This document shows, piece by piece, positions 58,846 to 64,000 of a stretch of 64,000 nucleotides of DNA. The stretch comes from Amoebidium appalachense (taxonomy: Eukaryota > Protista > Ichthyosporea). The stretch spans positions 2,443,817-2,507,816 of the forward strand of contig CAVNZM010000013.1 of assembly GCA_963693365.1 (NCBI GenBank), in the 5' to 3' direction. Both the position numbers and the translations under genes were made by a program. The notes under the pieces are model-generated. The model had not been told where the DNA came from and made no database searches. It saw only the letters and a program-made list of their open reading frames with translations. The first letter of the stretch is position 1. Each line of letters starts with the position of its first letter.

Positions 58846-59193
58846 TGCGTATTGAGTCAGTGATGGGTGCTAACTCGAAAACCCGGTGTTTTTGATGTTG
58901 GTATTTCGTTAGGTGTTGATAGGTTACAATCAAGGCCGGTGCAGCACAGACATTTGCATTTTGTAGTCGTGGTTCGGTAAAATCTGGTCGCTGATATCGG
59001 TTCACGGGGTCGTGATGGCAATTCGGATATTGAAAAAACACCAACAAATAAAGTCGAAATACCATATCAAGCCATAATGTGAGAAGTGCTATTTGGCGCA
59101 GGTTCGTTGGGGATTGGGGAAGGAGGGAGTCGGCAATTCTGGCCTTATGTACCACCCCTGCCCCTTAACACAAATACAGACACGCGCGCGCAC

Positions 59194-59290
<97 letters not shown>

Positions 59291-59595
59291 CACATGGTAA
59301 CCACCCCGCCAATAAAATCGAAAGTTCTTTTCATGTTCCCCCATCTCCTCCACCCCCCCCCCCCCCCCCCCCTTCCTCCTTCCCTTTCCCTCTCACTCCC
59401 CTCCCGGTTCTTTGATCGGCCTGTACACGGGCCCCCCAACCCTCAACCCATTCTAAATCTTTCCCCATCTACCTTTCCAAAAATTTAAAATCATGTGGAC
59501 ATTGAGAGTTGGAGGCTGATTTCTCAGCAGGCTGAGGTAAGGTATCATGCCATTTATATGCACATAGGCAACCGGAATCACCTAGAAGGGTTATG

Positions 59596-59888
59596 TTAGG
59601 CAATGTCGGATTGCAAGTCCATATTAAACAATGTTGGATTGTGTCCATATTAGGCAATGTTGGATTGCGTCCATATTAGGCAATGTTGGGTTGTGTCTAT
59701 GGCAACAATGTCGGATTGCGTCCATATTAGGCAATATGCTTGTGCGTTCATGTTTGGCAATGTCGAATGGTGCCCATATTAAGCAATGTCGGATTACGTT
59801 TCATGTTAGGCAATGTCGGGTTGTGTCCATATTAGGCAATGTTGCCGTTGCGTCCATATTAGGCAATGTCTACTGGTGTCTATGTTGA
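59596..59888. repeat. 26-bp minisatellite, ~11 degenerate copies
   Basis: Consensus approximately GGCAATGTYGGATTGCGTCCATATTA. Confidence 0.9.
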
Positions 59889-61274
59889 GGTAACACAGTC
59901 TCGAGCACCACAGGGCCGAAGAATCTGTAAGATTTCTTTTGGATTCTCATATTGTGCTTGAGTATCATTAGTGCAGCAGAGCCAAAAAAGGAAACTTCGA
60001 CGTTTTGTCAGGTGTAACATGTTTTAACAATTGCGATCTGGAGCACAGATCATAATAATCAGCAAGAAGGAAAATATACCAATTGAAACTATGTCACGCG
60101 AGAAATGGTCAAAGCGGATATGTGCTGTTCATCAATTACGGAAATGTCGACATGATTTGTGATCAGGTGCGCGTGCGGGCCCATGCAAGCAGTATTTCCA
60201 CGTGCACCCAAAGAAGATAACAAGTTACACCACGTGCACATCGAGAGATTCTGATACTGGTATTCTGTCCCCCACCCCTTCGGGGACCCCCCTTCTCCCC
60301 CCCTTGTCCCTGCATCCTCTCCCCCCTCCCCCCACCCCCCACCCGCCGGCCCAATCTTCCCCCCCTGCCCCCCCCCCCCCCGCCCTCCCCCAACCCCCTC
60401 CCCCCAAACCTTCACAACCTTGCCTCTCATCTAGTAGAATCACGACCTATTCATCCGTCACCGTAATATGCTAAATCTAATTAGATATCAGAATTCCAAA
60501 TACACTACGATAGTATTCTCACTCGCCAACTTGTAAGTTATAGTCGACGTCCATATCGGATTCCCCAATTAGTTCTCCGAATCCAACCGCAGCCCCCCCC
60601 CCCCCCCCCCCCCCTGGCCTCCCCCTCCTCTCTTTGCATTAATGATTAATTCGCCTTCTCCCCCCTCTCTCCCCCCTCCCTCCCCCCTCCCTCCCCCCTT
60701 CCCCCCATCCTCACCCCATGCCCACCCCCTCCCCATTTGCTCTGTCACCAATAGCAGTAGAGCCCTTTCAAATCAAGCCCTATGGCCGGTGAAGCTAGCA
60801 CCCCCCCCACCCCCCTCCCCCCCCCCCCCCCACCCCACCCCTCCCCACCCCCTTCCCCCCTCCCCCCTTTCCCCCCGCCCGAAACAAGTCATGTGGAGAA
60901 GCAAACCAAGCTATTCACCAACAAACCAAGGCCTGAGGTATTGCCTCTTAGCACCACTGGCATCAAGTTACCAGCAGCCCATTAAAAGCGTCATTGGCGA
61001 ACTAACCAATCACCTTCCACCAGTAAAGGCTAATGACCTAATTATAAGGCACCAGAGTTACATGGCGGAAGGTGATTGGTGGTTTTGTCAAAGCGGCTTC
61101 CTATTGGCTCCGTTACAGATCTAGAAGGGGTAAACTTTTTGATCCAGCTGCCTCATTAAGTTATCCGACTGGTTGTTCCCAAGCATGTAACATTTCTTTG
61201 TGACTTGAATTGTTAATTCTTCGATGCAATGTCTTTGTCGTTTTGCTTATATTTCCCCCTCTTTTTTTTTTTTT

Positions 61275-61305
<31 letters not shown>

Positions 61306-61468
61306 GGGGATGGGAGGAGTTAGGGGGGGGGGGGGGGGGGGGGGGGTTCCGGGTCGTTCCGGGTCGCCCGGAGTTTGAGTCCCCAGGCTGTGCGACCTAC
61401 GGGCAGGTTCACCTGTTACAGTCCCCGCTCAGTCCCCGCTCGATATAAGGCCTCCCCCTGGTTACACT

Positions 61469-61506
<38 letters not shown>

Positions 61507-61913
61507 CGGGGGGAGGGGGGGGGGGAGGGGGGGAGGGGGGGGGGGGGGAGGGCGGGGGGAGGGCGGGGGGGGGGAGGGGGGGGTTATATTGTGGGGGACG
61601 CATATCGTGATGTGTCCGTGTTCAAATCCTGCCCGAGACCCCAAATCGGTGACATCGCTGGAGCGCGCTATATTGGTGGGGGTGTTGCCGTGGGGCCGCT
61701 ATAACACGTGTTGACTGTATTATCGATCCCCACTATCCATCCCCTCTCCCTGCTTCCATCCCCATACATTCCGCCCAATCGAATAGTTGAGGTGGGCGGG
61801 TTCGCGGGCGGGGGGGGGGGGGGGAGGCGGGCAGGTGTGGGCAGGGGGGGCTGCGCCGGGTTACTTTTGTTCGTGTCTTATGGTCTCTTTCTGTGTGTGT
61901 TTGTGTGTCTGTG

Positions 61914-62077
<164 letters not shown>

Positions 62078-62804
62078 CGCGCCAGAGTCTGTGTGTGTGC
62101 GTGTGCGTGCGCTGCGCGAGTGCGTGTGTGTGTGTGCGTGCGTGTGTGTGCGTGTATGTTTGTACGCACGCGCATGTCACAGTGTGTGCATGTGTGTGTG
62201 TGTGTGTGTGGGGAAGGGGGGGGGGGGAGGGGGGAGGAAGGGGGAGGGGCCCGGGGGGAGGTGGGGGGAGGGGGGCTGGACCGGAGGTTTCGAAGACCGG
62301 AAAACGTTGCATGATGACTTGATGAGGATAGAGCTCTCCGAAATAACGTTTTGTTTTCCGTTCTTCCTAATTTTTTCTTCCCCTATGTTGCTCTTTTCTT
62401 CTTTTTCAACTCTTGTCCTCTCTCTCTCTCTCTCTCTCTCTCTCCCCCCTCCCCCCCCCCCCCCCCCCTTCCCCTCTCTCTCTCTCTCTCTCTCTCTGAG
62501 ACGCCCCCCTCTGCCCCCCCCCCCCTCCCCTCCCCTTCTTCTCTCCCCCCCCCCCCCCCCCCCCCGCCCTCTCCCGCTCCCCCCTCCTTTCTCTGACTCT
62601 TAGCTCTCTCTCTCTCTGACTCCAACCCCCCCCTCCCTCCCCCTCCCCCCTTCTGTATGGTCTGTTTTAGGGGTTTCAAAAGGTTTAGCGGGTCCCGTGA
62701 AGGAGGGGGAGGGAGGGAGGGGGGAGGACGGAAGGGGGTGGGGAGGGGAGGGGGGAGGGGGGAAGGGGAAGAAAGATGCGCGGGGAGGGGAGGAGAGGTT
62801 TCTA

Positions 62805-62841
<37 letters not shown>

Positions 62842-63184
62842 GGGGGGGGGGGGGGGGGGGGGGGGGTGTGAGTGTGTGTGTGTGTGTGTGTGGGGGGGGG
62901 GGGGGGATTCAAATTGTCGGCAAAAACTGACATACATGCAGTTCAATGGGTGCGAATAGGGCCAATCAGATCTCGTGAATATGTATCGACATTTTATGTG
63001 ACCAGTCACGCCTGACAGCGTTTGGAAGGCACCAACCGTATTTTGAGAGTGAAGTGCAAACCGGTAGCAAAAACGGAATTCTCGGTTTCTATAGAGTTTC
63101 TTTCTAATGTTTTTACTTTTGTATATTACCCACCATCTATGTCGGTTGTCGAATTGACTCACGAGTTTTCACAGTTACCAATGT

Positions 63185-64000
63185 CCACTGTTATTTTAGG
63201 TGATTTTAACACGCGACTCCACCACACAGACACACTGCAAGTGAGTGTCGGGTACCCATCTAAGCCCCCGGAGCGTGCTATCCCTTTAGCAAGGTATGTC
63301 CAAAGTCACACTTTGCGGTTCCCTCAAATATCCCATGCCCACAACACCGACTGGGGAGTGGCCTTTTGGCCATCAACCATGTCAAAACTCTCTCTCCCTC
63401 CTAACCTCTCTAGGTCATCTGACCACTCTCCTATCCTTTTCCTACCTAAGATCTCCCTTGATCTGCTCCCCCCTCCCCCTCCCACCTTTCGCCTCCGTCT
63501 ATCCCAGCTTAAGTCACAGTGGGGTAGAGTTGATGTATGTGTATGCTATGCTACGAAACACCCTATATATATGCGCCTATTAGAATCTGCACAAGCCAGG
63601 CCAGATTCACATCTCGTACTAGATACATGCACTAACTTTATTGTTGATGATTTGATAGATCTCGGTGATTATGCTGGCGGTGGTAGGAAGGAATATCCCG
63701 ATGCTCTCTTGTTACCAAACACCACTCCCGCTAGACTAGGTGAACCCCTGTCTCAAAAGGAAAGCTTGCGCCGGCTTGCTAGTATGAATCGATTTGGCCC
63801 CCCTGCTCGTATTATTGGTGATACCACTGGAGACCCCCTCATAGACTCTGATAAGTATTTCTCGGAACTGTTTAAAGATAGGACCCCCGCTCAGAAACCT
63901 ATTGTGTGGCCTGTAGACCCATCTATCCCCATAGAATCGATCCTCCCCTTTTTCAGTCCCGATGCCATATGGTCTGTGATATCTAGTTATAGCTCTAGTA
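63185..64000 (+). mobile_element. LINE family B copy, APE endonuclease region, running off the window end
   Basis: VILGDFNTR at ~63190-63217 and SSDHSPI at ~63415-63435 (APE motifs); 63793-64000 is near-identical to the reverse complement of 5600-5806. Confidence 0.9.

Noticed and set aside
59596-59888. CRISPR-like 26-bp repeats
   Set aside because: Head-to-tail degenerate units without spacers.

Overview
Eukaryotic, intron-rich genomic DNA saturated with (GT/CA)n, (GA/CT)n and poly-G/poly-C tracts; almost all ORFs in the supplied track are repeat artefacts. Manual splicing recovers four phase-consistent multi-exon genes: CSTF2/Rna15 (minus, ~10.4-21.3 kb), a nuclear mitochondrial-type ribosomal protein L2 (minus, 24.0-26.6 kb), a secreted PAN-TSP1-Spherulin-4/GH135 hydrolase (minus, 28.2-33.2 kb) and PA2G4/Ebp1 (plus, 49.1-58.6 kb). 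Also present are a disabled second GH135 paralog (40.5-45.8 kb), an intronless two-TM Erf4-like ORF, remnants of two non-LTR retrotransposon families (one with APE and RT domains), a 5x ~350-bp tandem array and a 26-bp minisatellite. The most unusual signals are (i) a dispersed repeat whose seven copies share a 3' end at C-tracts and are all co-oriented with local transcription, (ii) (CA)n abutting many 3' splice sites, often with (GT)n after the donor, (iii) a CCAATC motif fused to GH135 acceptor sites, and (iv) a LINE ending in (CA)n. A unicellular opisthokont (e.g. ichthyosporean-like) host is a guess only. All family assignments are from motif recognition, not database searches.
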